The position numbers and the translations under genes are program-made. Shown piece after piece: positions 46,422 through 56,545 of a DNA stretch of 64,000 nucleotides. Location: assembly GCA_024231215.1 (NCBI GenBank), contig JAAEQR010000142.1:36593-100592 (forward strand), read 5' to 3'. Positions within the stretch are counted from its first letter, which is position 1, and each line of letters starts with the position of its first letter. The notes beneath the pieces are model-generated. The model was not told where the DNA came from, searched no databases, and saw nothing but the letters and a program-made list of their open reading frames with translations. The stretch is from PVC group bacterium. Lineage in GTDB: Bacteria; Omnitrophota; Gorgyraeia; B26-G9.

Positions 46422-47950
46422 GCAATAAAAAACTTGTTCTTATCCGCCGAATATTGCAGACAGCTTTCTTATTGCTGTTTATCTATATTCTTTGGACTAC
46501 TACATATCCGCTTACCGGAAAAATTCCTTCTGCATTATTTTTTAACGCTGATCCGCTGATTATGATTACCACAGCTCTTAGTGAAAGACTCCTACTCCCG
46601 GGATTACTCGGGACTTTTCTGTTAATATTATTAACGTTTTTAGGGGGGAGATTCTTTTGCGGATGGATCTGTCCGTTAGGAACTGTTATTGATTTTTGCG
46701 GACGAATTAAAAGAAAAAAGCAGGTGCTAGAAGAAACAGAGAATAAAAAAGTCCGTCGAGTTAAATTCTATATTTTATCGGGAATACTTATAAGTGCTTT
46801 ATTCGGCATTCAGATCGCTTGGATAGTAGATCCGACTGTGATAATGGGAAGGTTTGTTTCACTTAATCTAATTCCCACGACTACACTAATTTTGGATAAG
46901 TTTTTTATTTTTATTCTGCAAACTATTGAGGGAAGGTATGAGCCTCTATTTGATTTCTATCGAGAAATGAAAGCGTCACTACTTGGAGTTAAAACTACTT
47001 ATTTTTCTCATTCAGGAATTGTCTTTGTCTTTTTTCTAATTATTACCTCCGCAGCATTTTTCATTTCCCGCTTATGGTGCAGAACGCTGTGTCCCCTGGG
47101 AGCTTTCTATGCGGTAATCGCTAAACATTCACGATTGCGCCGCGTCGTAGATAAGTGTGTTGACTGCGGCAAATGCCATACTAACTGCCGGATGGGAGCG
47201 ATAAAAAAAGATAATATTCATTATCTAAGCGATGAATGTATTTTATGTATGGATTGTATTTATGAGTGTCCTCCGAAATCAACCCGTTTTACCTTTAAGC
47301 AAGGGGATTTACAATCTAATACACATGCTTCGGGAATATCGAGAAGAAACTTCTTGATTTTTTTAAGCACCGCAACGCTTCCCCTTTTAGGGATGGGCCA
47401 AAAGAAACCATCTCTAAAAGATATAAACATTCGACATCCCCGCATTATTCGTCCACCCGCAGCATTAAAAGAAGAAGAGTTTCTAAACCGTTGCGTACGC
47501 TGTGGCAATTGCATGAAGGTATGCCCGACAAACGGATTACAACCGGTTATGGTTGAAGCCGGTTCTCGCAGTATATGGACCCCGCGGCTTGTTCCGGAAA
47601 TAGGTTATTGTGAATATAATTGCACCCAATGCAGCCAGGTATGCCCCACCGGAGCAATTAAACAATTACCTCTGGAACAAAAACAAAAGGTAAAACTAGG
47701 TATCGCAAAAATTGACCGGGAGATATGTCTGCCATGGAAAAAAAACAAAGAATGCATTGTTTGTGAAGAACATTGTCCTATCCCGGATAAAGCAATTAAA
47801 ATAAAAGAGGAACTTATAAATGGTAAAATAGTCTTGCGCCCGGAAATAGATGAAGATTTGTGTACCGGCTGCGCTATTTGCCAAACTAAATGCCCGGTAG
47901 AACCAAGAAGAGCCGTAAAAATTTCCCCGAAAAAAAGTGATAGGTTTTAA
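46418..47950 (+). CDS. Membrane-bound polyferredoxin (NapH/MauN-like fused to NapG/MauM-like)
   Basis: GRFFCGWICPLG, RLWCRTLCPLG, several CxxCxxCxxxCP clusters, internal ISRRNFL, IRPP..CVRCGNCMKVCP. Confidence 0.88.
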   Translation: MSNKKLVLIRRILQTAFLLLFIYILWTTTYPLTGKIPSALFFNADPLIMITTALSERLLLPGLLGTFLLILLTFLGGRFFCGWICPLGTVIDFCGRIKRKKQVLEETENKKVRRVKFYILSGILISALFGIQIAWIVDPTVIMGRFVSLNLIPTTTLILDKFFIFILQTIEGRYEPLFDFYREMKASLLGVKTTYFSHSGIVFVFFLIITSAAFFISRLWCRTLCPLGAFYAVIAKHSRLRRVVDKCVDCGKCHTNCRMGAIKKDNIHYLSDECILCMDCIYECPPKSTRFTFKQGDLQSNTHASGISRRNFLIFLSTATLPLLGMGQKKPSLKDINIRHPRIIRPPAALKEEEFLNRCVRCGNCMKVCPTNGLQPVMVEAGSRSIWTPRLVPEIGYCEYNCTQCSQVCPTGAIKQLPLEQKQKVKLGIAKIDREICLPWKKNKECIVCEEHCPIPDKAIKIKEELINGKIVLRPEIDEDLCTGCAICQTKCPVEPRRAVKISPKKSDRF

Positions 47951-47969
47951 TAAGGAGAGGGGAAATAAC

Positions 47970-49058
47970 CTATTTCTTCACTGTCTCAATCAGCCACATC
48001 CCAACGATAAAAAAGATTATATTCGTAAGCCAGGCAGCCAGAATAGGCGGTAAAATACCAACCTTGCCCAGAGAAAGACTTATCGCATGAACTGTCCAAT
48101 AGCTAAAACTCACCACGATACTTATCGTAACTCCTAATAAAGTACTGGCATTTCTCTTCTGGGTTAGGGTAAAGGGCACAACAAAAAAGATAACAATAAC
48201 ATTCGCCATCGGGAAAGCAATCTTACTATAAAATTCAACCAACTCTTTACGAGCTTTAAATCCGTTACGTTGTAACCGCCGAATATATTTTTTTAAACGC
48301 CAGTATCCCATAAAACTAGGCTGGACATTAGCTCTTTTTATATCTTTAGGTTCTTCATCAATCACAATCACTTTTTCCGTATAATGTGTCGGAGCAGTGG
48401 ATAAAGCCCCATCTGCATATTCACTAATTATACAGTCATAAAAAATCCAATAACCTTCTACCCACTGAACTCTTTTAGCTACTATCTGTTTTGCCAGCTG
48501 ATTTTGAGTATTATTTTCAGATATGATTACATTATTCATCTGCTGACGTTTTGTATCATACCTATTGATAATAAAGATCCGGTTGTGAGAACCATAAAGA
48601 GTAATATCCTTCATTATCGTATTGGCTTCTTTTTTCGCGGTCGGCTTAAAATACGTCTCTTTAAGATTTATCGAGTGCAAATAGGACTCCGGTTTAACAA
48701 CCTCATTTACCGTAAAATTAAAAATGCCCATCAAGATACCAAACCCGACAAAAATACCGATAACACTCCATAAGTTCATACCGATCGCTTTTATTGCCAT
48801 TATTTCATTATGTTTATTTAAAGTACTCAGCGTATAAATAGAAGCCAATATAATTATAATCGGACTAATCTGAACAAAAATAAAAGGAGTAAGTGAAAGA
48901 TAATAATCACAAAGCACAAATAAGGGCACTTTAGCCTTTACAATCTCATCTAACTGTTCGAAAAGATCAATAATCCAGGAAAGTGAAATGAAAAGAATAA
49001 GACACCAGAAATATGGCTTTAAAAATTCACCAAGTATATATTTTTTTATAATCTTCAT
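47970..49058 (-). CDS. lptG: LPS export permease LptG
   Basis: LptF/G topology, NEIMAIKAIG, GILPPILAAWLTN; second gene of the pair. Confidence 0.82.
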   Translation of the reverse strand: MKIIKKYILGEFLKPYFWCLILFISLSWIIDLFEQLDEIVKAKVPLFVLCDYYLSLTPFIFVQISPIIIILASIYTLSTLNKHNEIMAIKAIGMNLWSVIGIFVGFGILMGIFNFTVNEVVKPESYLHSINLKETYFKPTAKKEANTIMKDITLYGSHNRIFIINRYDTKRQQMNNVIISENNTQNQLAKQIVAKRVQWVEGYWIFYDCIISEYADGALSTAPTHYTEKVIVIDEEPKDIKRANVQPSFMGYWRLKKYIRRLQRNGFKARKELVEFYSKIAFPMANVIVIFFVVPFTLTQKRNASTLLGVTISIVVSFSYWTVHAISLSLGKVGILPPILAAWLTNIIFFIVGMWLIETVKK

Positions 49059-49060
49059 AA

Positions 49061-50155
49061 TTAATCTTCAAGTACCTTGAAAGTCAGAAAAATACCAGCA
49101 ACCAACAATACTATATTTGGTAGCCATACACCAAGCACCGGATCCATTTTACCACGCAAAGCAAGGCTTTCACCCAAAGCCATAATTAAATAATACAACA
49201 AGCAGATAACCAAACTAAGGCCAAATCCTAAAGAACGTTCTCTGCGCTTGACCCGGATAGCCAAAGGCATACCGATTAAAACAAATGCCAGACTGCTAAA
49301 AGACAGGGAGAACTTCCGGTAAAGCCCTACTATCAAAGGCGTTACATCAACGTTGATTTTCTTCATCGCCTCGATCTCATTTTTTAGCTCATTGATCGTC
49401 ATATCCGATACTTTTTTATAAAGCTCTCGCATAGTTTGTTCTTCATTTAAATATAACGTGAGGTGATACTTTTTGAAATTAAATTTATAGAACTGTTCCG
49501 GATCTTCGAAATTTGGCTCATCTGCTGTACCATTTCTCAATTCTAATTTTAACGCGTTTTTTTCCGGAATAGGAATAAATGCACCTGATTGAGCTATGAT
49601 CGTCCGCGTCGGTTTATCACTATGCGGCTGGTAAATACGCACATCGTACATTGTATCATCGTGTATCTTATAAATAAAGATTATATGATTTTTAAATGCT
49701 TTAATGAATGACTTTTCTTCTAAATACGCAGTTGGTTTTTTTATACCGATTTCCTGTACTATATTACGCATTGTATAATGCGATTTAGGTATGAGCGAAT
49801 CATTAAAATAGAGACATAAGAGACTAAACATTATCCCAACACAAAGCAAACTAAAAATAATAGAGTACAAACTAATTCCGCTGGAACGCAAAGCCGTGAT
49901 CTCATTATCAAACGCCATGCGTCCAAAGGTTAAAAGTGTTGCCGTCAGAATAGAAATCGGTATCGAGAAAACAAGAAGCGAAGGCAAAAGGGAAAGAAAT
50001 AAACCAAAAACATCTTTAGGGGTTACACCTTTGGCAATAATCATTTCCGCCAACTTTACCAGATTGCCAACTACGAGTACAAAGCTGATCACAACTATCG
50101 ACAAAACTAAAAGCGAAAACCATTCTGAGAGTATATAATTTTTTATAATCTTCAT
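49061..50155 (-). CDS. lptF: LPS export permease LptF
   Basis: FGRMAFDNEITALRSSGIS, six-TM topology, VWLPNI. Confidence 0.85.
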   Translation of the reverse strand: MKIIKNYILSEWFSLLVLSIVVISFVLVVGNLVKLAEMIIAKGVTPKDVFGLFLSLLPSLLVFSIPISILTATLLTFGRMAFDNEITALRSSGISLYSIIFSLLCVGIMFSLLCLYFNDSLIPKSHYTMRNIVQEIGIKKPTAYLEEKSFIKAFKNHIIFIYKIHDDTMYDVRIYQPHSDKPTRTIIAQSGAFIPIPEKNALKLELRNGTADEPNFEDPEQFYKFNFKKYHLTLYLNEEQTMRELYKKVSDMTINELKNEIEAMKKINVDVTPLIVGLYRKFSLSFSSLAFVLIGMPLAIRVKRRERSLGFGLSLVICLLYYLIMALGESLALRGKMDPVLGVWLPNIVLLVAGIFLTFKVLED

Positions 50156-50158
50156 ATA

Positions 50159-50881
50159 TTATCTAGCCATAGTAACAACAGTAACCTTAGAAGCTCCTGC
50201 CTGTTTTAATGCTTCAGCACAAGCATTAGCGGTTGCTCCGGTTGTGAAAATATCGTCTATTAATAATACCGATTTCCCGGTAAATACCTGCGAATGTTTA
50301 CATCCGAATGCTTCCCGCATATTTTCAAAACGTTCAACTTTAGTCAATTCAAACTGAGACCGGGTATTTTTCACTCTTATTAGCGATTTAAAATCGAAGG
50401 GGGTTGTGGAAAACTCCGATGTTTTACGCGCAAAAAATTCCGCTTGATTAAAACCTCTTTCCAGACGCCTTTTTTTGTGCAACGGTACTGCGGTAATTAT
50501 ATCCATTTCCCTTATATTTAAATGAGCCTGAATAAACCGTGTCATTAAACTGCCAAGCTCTGTTGCTAATCTTACTTTGCGTTTATATTTGAGCATATGC
50601 AAACATTTTCTCAATGTACCTGTATAATTACAAACACTTAAGGCCCGATCAAAACTATATTGCTCCGGCCGACAAAAGTCACATCGACGATCATGAAACC
50701 CTTTAGACTTTCCGCAATAACGGCAAAAGGGAGCCAGGGTTAAGTTTATATTTGTAAAACATTCCCGGCACAAAGCCTCTTGAACTGAAAATATTCGTTT
50801 TTTACAAACAGGGCATACTGACGGAAATATAACATTTAATAAAGCAGCCAAATACCATTTTCCCGTGCTAAACAACTTCAT
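50159..50881 (-). CDS. comF: ComF family double zinc-ribbon phosphoribosyltransferase
   Basis: Four CxxC motifs, VPLH..R..ERGFNQA, LLIDDIFTTGAT. Confidence 0.92.
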   Translation of the reverse strand: MKLFSTGKWYLAALLNVIFPSVCPVCKKRIFSVQEALCRECFTNINLTLAPFCRYCGKSKGFHDRRCDFCRPEQYSFDRALSVCNYTGTLRKCLHMLKYKRKVRLATELGSLMTRFIQAHLNIREMDIITAVPLHKKRRLERGFNQAEFFARKTSEFSTTPFDFKSLIRVKNTRSQFELTKVERFENMREAFGCKHSQVFTGKSVLLIDDIFTTGATANACAEALKQAGASKVTVVTMAR

Positions 50882-50952
50882 ATCACCCCAATCCGCAAGC
50901 CTTTACTATAACATAAAATGTGGGATTTTTCAAATAAGCTACTATATACAAA

Positions 50953-51020
50953 CCCCGCGCTGGATAGCACAAAATAGCGCGGGGCAATAAAATAACTATC
51001 CGCCACAAAGCTTGGCGGAT
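50953..51020. repeat. Two adjacent GC-rich hairpins (terminator/REP-like)
   Basis: CCCCGCGCT...AGCGCGGGG (50953-50984) and ATCCGCCA-caaagct-TGGCGGAT (50998-51020). Confidence 0.55.
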
Positions 51021-51044
51021 TTAAATTTACCTGTACAGATAAAT

Positions 51045-52202
51045 TTAAAAACTCGGCTCGATACAGAATGTTTTAAACTTACCTGATCTCTGAAACCCAC
51101 CAATTATAAACATCAGATTAGTCATATATTTCATCTTACACCAGGTAAAGAAATGCTTATGCGGCTTCATCAATGTGCAAACATGGAAAAAGTGATACGC
51201 ATAGAATACGGTTAATATTACACAAGAAATAGCTGTGATCAACAATCCGGCACCACCAATCCCCAGCGATAACAATATAGCACAGATAACCGTAATCAAC
51301 GCAGTAAGATTCATAAGATGAAAATTACCTATATATATGAATCCTTTTATCGGGAAAGGTATTTTAAGTATCGGCAGTTTCGGCCAAGCACCAAAGGTCT
51401 GAAAAATAAATTCCATATTATTTGCCGCGTGTTTAGCTAAAAGGGGAGCATGCGCTTTCCCATAAGTCATCCATACTTTTTTCAGTGCTGGAAAATCAGC
51501 CCGGTGCATATGATCTACTTTTGATTTAGGTTCAAAGTAGAGCTTCCAACCATGTGCTTGAATCTGCAAGCCAAATTCAATATCTTCGCCTGTGGGTTCA
51601 GCCCAGAAACTAGCCTTTGCCTGTTCAATTGCTTCTTTGCGATAAGCTGCATTAGCTGTAACAAAAAAATAAGCCCGATGTCCAGCGATCTGGGTGGGAG
51701 ATTTATCTGTTAGAGGAGGAAAATATCCGTCTTTGATTGTAAAGCCGTAGCGTGGTGCCACCATATTAAAACGAAAATGTTCACAATATAATTCCGTAAG
51801 ATTATTCGGGTCAACCCGCAAAGTATAAATTTCTCCACCAACAATTCCGATTTTAGGATCTTTATCAAAAACCGCTAACATATCGGTTATCCAACTCTCA
51901 CACGGAGCACAATCTCCATCGGTAAAAAATATAAAATCACCTTTTACTGCCCCCAGGGCTTTATTCCGGGCATAGCCAGGGGAGGGACAATTAGGAACCT
52001 CTACCAATTTAATAAAAGCATGCTTTTTCTGCCATTCCCGAATAACATCTAGGGTTTTATCAGTACTCCCGCCGTCAGAAATAACAAGCTCCATTTTATC
52101 CCGGGGATAATTAACATTCAGCAAATATTCAAAAGTCTTTTCTAATGTACGCTCTGCATTTCTAACCGGTATAATAATTGAAATAAACGGTGTGTTTGCC
52201 AC
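51045..52202 (-). CDS. Glycosyltransferase family 2 with C-terminal TM helices
   Basis: ISIIIPVRN, SDGGSTD, ARN, FTDGDC (DxD), GEDIEF. GTG start with AAGGAGG RBS. Confidence 0.88.
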   Translation of the reverse strand: MANTPFISIIIPVRNAERTLEKTFEYLLNVNYPRDKMELVISDGGSTDKTLDVIREWQKKHAFIKLVEVPNCPSPGYARNKALGAVKGDFIFFTDGDCAPCESWITDMLAVFDKDPKIGIVGGEIYTLRVDPNNLTELYCEHFRFNMVAPRYGFTIKDGYFPPLTDKSPTQIAGHRAYFFVTANAAYRKEAIEQAKASFWAEPTGEDIEFGLQIQAHGWKLYFEPKSKVDHMHRADFPALKKVWMTYGKAHAPLLAKHAANNMEFIFQTFGAWPKLPILKIPFPIKGFIYIGNFHLMNLTALITVICAILLSLGIGGAGLLITAISCVILTVFYAYHFFHVCTLMKPHKHFFTWCKMKYMTNLMFIIGGFQRSGKFKTFCIEPSF

Positions 52203-52293
52203 AATGCCCTCCTTTTGGTAATAAAAGCACTAAATAAGCCACTCCTTGCATTAAAAGTCCTATAACATGTTATAAAATTACATAAGATGATTT

Positions 52294-52370
52294 ATTATAA
52301 ACATTCAGCGAAGTACTTGTCAAGCAGTAAAAATAAGCATATTGACAGTATAAGTTTTTTATACTATAAT
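52294..52370. promoter_or_regulatory. Divergent pair of consensus sigma70 promoters
   Basis: Minus strand: TTGACA (52323-52318)-18bp-TATAAT (52299-52294). Plus strand: TTGACA (52342)-17bp-TATAAT (52365). Confidence 0.7.
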
Positions 52371-52403
52371 ATGTTATCAGAGAAGGAGATGTAAAGATTA
52401 CGA

Positions 52404-53102
52404 ATGGAGTCAAAAAATAATATTTTCAAAACTACTTTTTTGATATCTTTAGCTTTCCACGCAATAATTTTATTTCCCTTGCCGGAATTCAAACAATCTG
52501 TGGCCGATAAAGATACTCCTTACAAAGTAAGTTATTTAAGCTTACCAATTCCACAAAAAATAATAAAAAATATCACCCCTTCAACTAAAAAAACGCGAAA
52601 AAAATCTTCTATAACTAAAAAGAAAAAAGTTGCATCTGCTAAATCTAAAACCAAAAAAACCGTTAAAAAGATCATAAGAAGAAAAGTTGCGCAGAGAAAA
52701 AAGAGACAAGGGACAAAAATACAAAACATTACAAAACCAACCGCGGTTGAAAAAAAGACAACACCTGAAATAACAACAAGTGAAAAAACACTAAACAACT
52801 CTTTGCGAGACAATAAATCATACGTTAATTATTATAAAATAATTAATCAGCAGCTAAGAGAATCCGTCATTTACCCTGAATATTTTTCTGAAGGAAAAGT
52901 CGCAGTATCATTTGTAGTTACCGCAGACGGTAATCTGCGAAGTATAGAAATTGAAGGTGATAATTCCGACCATGATACAGCACTCAGAGAAACAGCAGTT
53001 CAAATTGTTAAAAAAGCATCACCGTTTCCTCCTTTTCCAGAAACTCTGCGACGGATTCAACTCATGTTTAATGTTGTAATTTCCTTCCAGGAACAAGGCT
53101 GA
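52404..53102 (+). CDS. TonB/TolA-like protein (TonB C-terminal domain)
   Basis: N-terminal TM with SxxxH (ISLAFH), Lys-rich linker, YP..EGKVAVSFVV..DG...ASPFPPFP. Confidence 0.82.
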   Translation: MESKNNIFKTTFLISLAFHAIILFPLPEFKQSVADKDTPYKVSYLSLPIPQKIIKNITPSTKKTRKKSSITKKKKVASAKSKTKKTVKKIIRRKVAQRKKRQGTKIQNITKPTAVEKKTTPEITTSEKTLNNSLRDNKSYVNYYKIINQQLRESVIYPEYFSEGKVAVSFVVTADGNLRSIEIEGDNSDHDTALRETAVQIVKKASPFPPFPETLRRIQLMFNVVISFQEQG

Positions 53103-53130
53103 TACTTAACATATATACCTAAAGCAAACC

Positions 53131-53865
53131 ATGTACAAAAAAAGAATTTATCAAACTTCTGTTTATAATGACGATTTGATTCGTTTCCAAACGGATTACT
53201 ATGAAAGCAATCTATTTATATGCGCAAAAAATAATCTCCAAAAAGAAGCTTTAACCACTCTAAAACAGTATCATACGCAAATAACCAACCACATAGAAAA
53301 AAATCCGCTGTTTAAAGATACTTTGGAACCACTGCCGCCTGATAAAAACGCGCCGGCTATAATAAAGAAAATGTTAAGTGCCGCAAAAAAAGCAAATGTC
53401 GGCCCCATGGCTACCGTAGCCGGAGCAATTGCTGAATTTATCGGTAAGGATCTGCTTAACTTCAGTGACGAAATTATTGTCGAAAACGGAGGAGATATAT
53501 TCATTTGTGTTAAAAAAGATCGTAAAATAGGCATATTTTCCGGGATTAACAGCATCTATAACCAGCTCAGCCTAAAGATAACTGCGATTGATACACCCTG
53601 CGGAATATGTACTTCCAGTGGTAAACTAGGGCATTCATTAAGCTTTGGACAAAGCAAAGCAACCATTGTCTTAGCCAAATCAGCCGCAGTAGCTGACGGG
53701 TTTGCTACATCTATCGGAAATGTAATTCAAGAAGATGCCGATGTACCTAAAATCTTGAAAAATCTAAAAAAAAATAAAGCCATCCTAGGCGCTGTTATCA
53801 TAACTGAAAACCATTTTGGCGCATACGGTAAGGTTCAATTTGAGATCATTGACAAGCCTGTATAA
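53131..53865 (+). CDS. UPF0280 family (ApbE-like) protein
   Basis: VGPMATVAGAIAE, IVENGGDIF, GICTSSGKLGHSLSFG, ADGFAT. Confidence 0.88.
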   Translation: MYKKRIYQTSVYNDDLIRFQTDYYESNLFICAKNNLQKEALTTLKQYHTQITNHIEKNPLFKDTLEPLPPDKNAPAIIKKMLSAAKKANVGPMATVAGAIAEFIGKDLLNFSDEIIVENGGDIFICVKKDRKIGIFSGINSIYNQLSLKITAIDTPCGICTSSGKLGHSLSFGQSKATIVLAKSAAVADGFATSIGNVIQEDADVPKILKNLKKNKAILGAVIITENHFGAYGKVQFEIIDKPV

Positions 53866-53877
53866 CCTTGTTATAAT
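53849..53877 (+). promoter_or_regulatory. Sigma70 promoter (perfect consensus) overlapping the end of the UPF0280 gene
   Basis: TTGACA-17bp-TATAAT with extended -10 TG. Confidence 0.7.
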
Positions 53878-53953
53878 AAAGACTACGAAAAATCCAAAAA
53901 ACGGGAAAAAACCAAAAGACGCAAAAACTAGCCAAAAATAGACGTAAACCAGT

Positions 53954-56545
53954 ATGAGATTTAAAAAATATTTCGTTTTGCTACTATGTAGCATTCTTTT
54001 TACTTTTTTAGCCTGCCATAGCAAGTATGCTCATGCCGAAACAATTAAAAAATATACCTTAGAAAACGGCATGGTTGTACTTATCCAGGAAAATCCAGAG
54101 CATAAACTCGTTGCCTTAGAAATGATTGTCAAAACCGGTAGTATTTTTGAAGGACAGTGGCAGGGAAGCGGAATTGCACATTTAGTTGAACATATGCTCT
54201 TTAAAGGTACGCCCACACGTCCCATCACCAAAATCGAAGAAGATCTACAGACTTTAGGCGGCTCAATTAATGGATATACTTCACATCAATTCACCGGATT
54301 CCCGATAATTGTTCCTTCCGGTAATTTCGACGAAGGACTTGATATCCTACAGGATATGATTAGAAATCCTCTTTTTGATAAAACTGAATTAGAAAAAGAA
54401 AAACAGGTTATTTTAAATGAAATACGATTAAATCAGGATGATCCGCAAAGATATCTCGTGAGAACTTTCTGGAACAATATGTATGAGACCGCTCCTTACA
54501 ACCTTCCGGTAATCGGATTAGAACCCTTATTTCTACAACTTGCAAAAGAAGATATCACCCTGTTCCATGAAAAATGGTATATACCTAATAATATGATCCT
54601 GTCAATCGCCGGCGATGTAGAAGCCGCGGTTATACTGGATAAAATAAAAAAAGTTTTTGCTGAATTTCAAATGCAGCCATATCCACAGATACTTGTTCCC
54701 GGAACAATCCGATTTCAATCGGAAAAAGAACATTATGAAGAATTGGACATAAATGTTTCTTATTTAATGCTCGGATTCCCCAGTGTTGATATAAATCACC
54801 CGGACTCAACCAGCTTAGACATAATCGCCGGAATTTTAGGACAGGGAGAAGGATCCCGGTTATATAAAAAATTACTTAAAGAACAATCGTTAGTCTACTC
54901 TGTAAACGCCTATAATTACACACCAAAATTCCCAGGAATATTTGCTGTGCAATGCGTGCTTGAGGAAGAAAATACATCTTCAGTCATTAATGCGTTATTT
55001 AAAGAAATAGAGTTACTAAAGAAAAAACCCTGTCCTGTTCTGGAACTTGAAAAAACAAAAAATATCTATCTAAGCGATTATTTATTTTCACGCCAGACAA
55101 TAGAATCTCAGGCTCAAACAGCCGGACAGGATCAGGCATATAGCAGCGATCCTTACTTTACTGAAAAATACCTCACTCGCATTACCGCAGTAACCTCTCA
55201 AGATGTACAGCGATGCGCAAAAAAATATTTTAATCCTAAAAATATGGTCAAAGTACTGTTAGGCCCTAAAGGAGAACCTACCAGTCCAAACAAAGCTCAA
55301 GTCACGTTACAAGGAGAAACAAAAAAAATAGTGTTACCTAATGGACTAACCCTCTTGCTTAAAGAAAACACTTCTCATCCCACAGTTTCGATGCAGGCAA
55401 TATTCGGAGGAGGAGTAAGAAACGAAAATGAAACTACTAATGGGTTATTTAATTTATTAAGTAGTATGCTAATACGTGGAACTAAACGTTACAATGCCGA
55501 AACACTTACCGCAACGGTTGAAGGGATGGGCGCAAGCCTTGCTCCTTTCAGTGGGTATAACAGCTTCGGGGTAAGTCTATCGGTATTGAGCAAGCATACT
55601 GATGCTGGGCTGGACATTTTAATTGACCTTATTTTGAACTCCACTTTTCCGGAAAAAGAACTGGAAATAGAACGACGGCTTGCACTCAAGGGTATTCAGA
55701 TTCAAAACGATGATATCTTTCAAAATACAATCAACCGATTACGCGAAACACTGTTTACTCAATATCCTTATCGTGTTACTACTTTAGGACAAACCGGTAG
55801 CGTTGAAAACATTAACCAAAAACAATTAACTGCAAATTATAAAAAATTCTGCGCCCCCAACAACTGTGTTTTGGCAATATTCGGGGATATTGATACAGAA
55901 AAAATAGAATCTTTAATTAGAAAAAAAACAAAAAATTGGAAAAAAACTACAATCGAACAAGTTGTATATCCGGAAGAACCTACTCTTAAAAACAGAAAGA
56001 TTATAGAAAATCAGCGTGATAAAAATCAGGCTGTGGTCATGATCGGATTCCCGGGACCCCATCTAGGAAATAACGAACGTTTTGGCTTAGAATTTTTAAA
56101 CCACATTCTCACAGCCTCCGGCTCAATTCTTTACGAACAAATCCGGGAAACACTAGGTTTAGCTTATACCTTAGGCGGAGGTATTGTTTCCGGACTTGAT
56201 ACGGGATATTTTTACATATATATAGCCACTGAACCAGAATCTACAGATTTGGTTATTTCTATTGTAGAAAAAGAAATCGAAAAGTTAAGAAACAGTCTCT
56301 TAGATAAAAACTTAATTAATAAAAACAAAACCGATATCATCGGAAAACAAAGAATTCGATTACAAACTAATTCAGCCATAAGCTTTATATCTGCGCTGAA
56401 TGAACTTTACGGGCTGGGATATAAACATCATGAAAAATTTGAAACAGTGATCAAATCACTCGATCAAACATATTTACAAACAATAGCGAAAAAGTATCTA
56501 AATATAAACAAAAGTGTAGTAGTAATAACAAAAAAAGAGTTCTAA
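53954..56545 (+). CDS. Exported M16 zinc peptidase, fused active and inactive halves
   Basis: Signal peptide (AHA|E); GIAHLVEHMLFKGT in the N-half; degenerate GLFNLLSSML in the C-half; IRETLGLAY. Confidence 0.9.
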   Translation: MRFKKYFVLLLCSILFTFLACHSKYAHAETIKKYTLENGMVVLIQENPEHKLVALEMIVKTGSIFEGQWQGSGIAHLVEHMLFKGTPTRPITKIEEDLQTLGGSINGYTSHQFTGFPIIVPSGNFDEGLDILQDMIRNPLFDKTELEKEKQVILNEIRLNQDDPQRYLVRTFWNNMYETAPYNLPVIGLEPLFLQLAKEDITLFHEKWYIPNNMILSIAGDVEAAVILDKIKKVFAEFQMQPYPQILVPGTIRFQSEKEHYEELDINVSYLMLGFPSVDINHPDSTSLDIIAGILGQGEGSRLYKKLLKEQSLVYSVNAYNYTPKFPGIFAVQCVLEEENTSSVINALFKEIELLKKKPCPVLELEKTKNIYLSDYLFSRQTIESQAQTAGQDQAYSSDPYFTEKYLTRITAVTSQDVQRCAKKYFNPKNMVKVLLGPKGEPTSPNKAQVTLQGETKKIVLPNGLTLLLKENTSHPTVSMQAIFGGGVRNENETTNGLFNLLSSMLIRGTKRYNAETLTATVEGMGASLAPFSGYNSFGVSLSVLSKHTDAGLDILIDLILNSTFPEKELEIERRLALKGIQIQNDDIFQNTINRLRETLFTQYPYRVTTLGQTGSVENINQKQLTANYKKFCAPNNCVLAIFGDIDTEKIESLIRKKTKNWKKTTIEQVVYPEEPTLKNRKIIENQRDKNQAVVMIGFPGPHLGNNERFGLEFLNHILTASGSILYEQIRETLGLAYTLGGGIVSGLDTGYFYIYIATEPESTDLVISIVEKEIEKLRNSLLDKNLINKNKTDIIGKQRIRLQTNSAISFISALNELYGLGYKHHEKFETVIKSLDQTYLQTIAKKYLNINKSVVVITKKEF

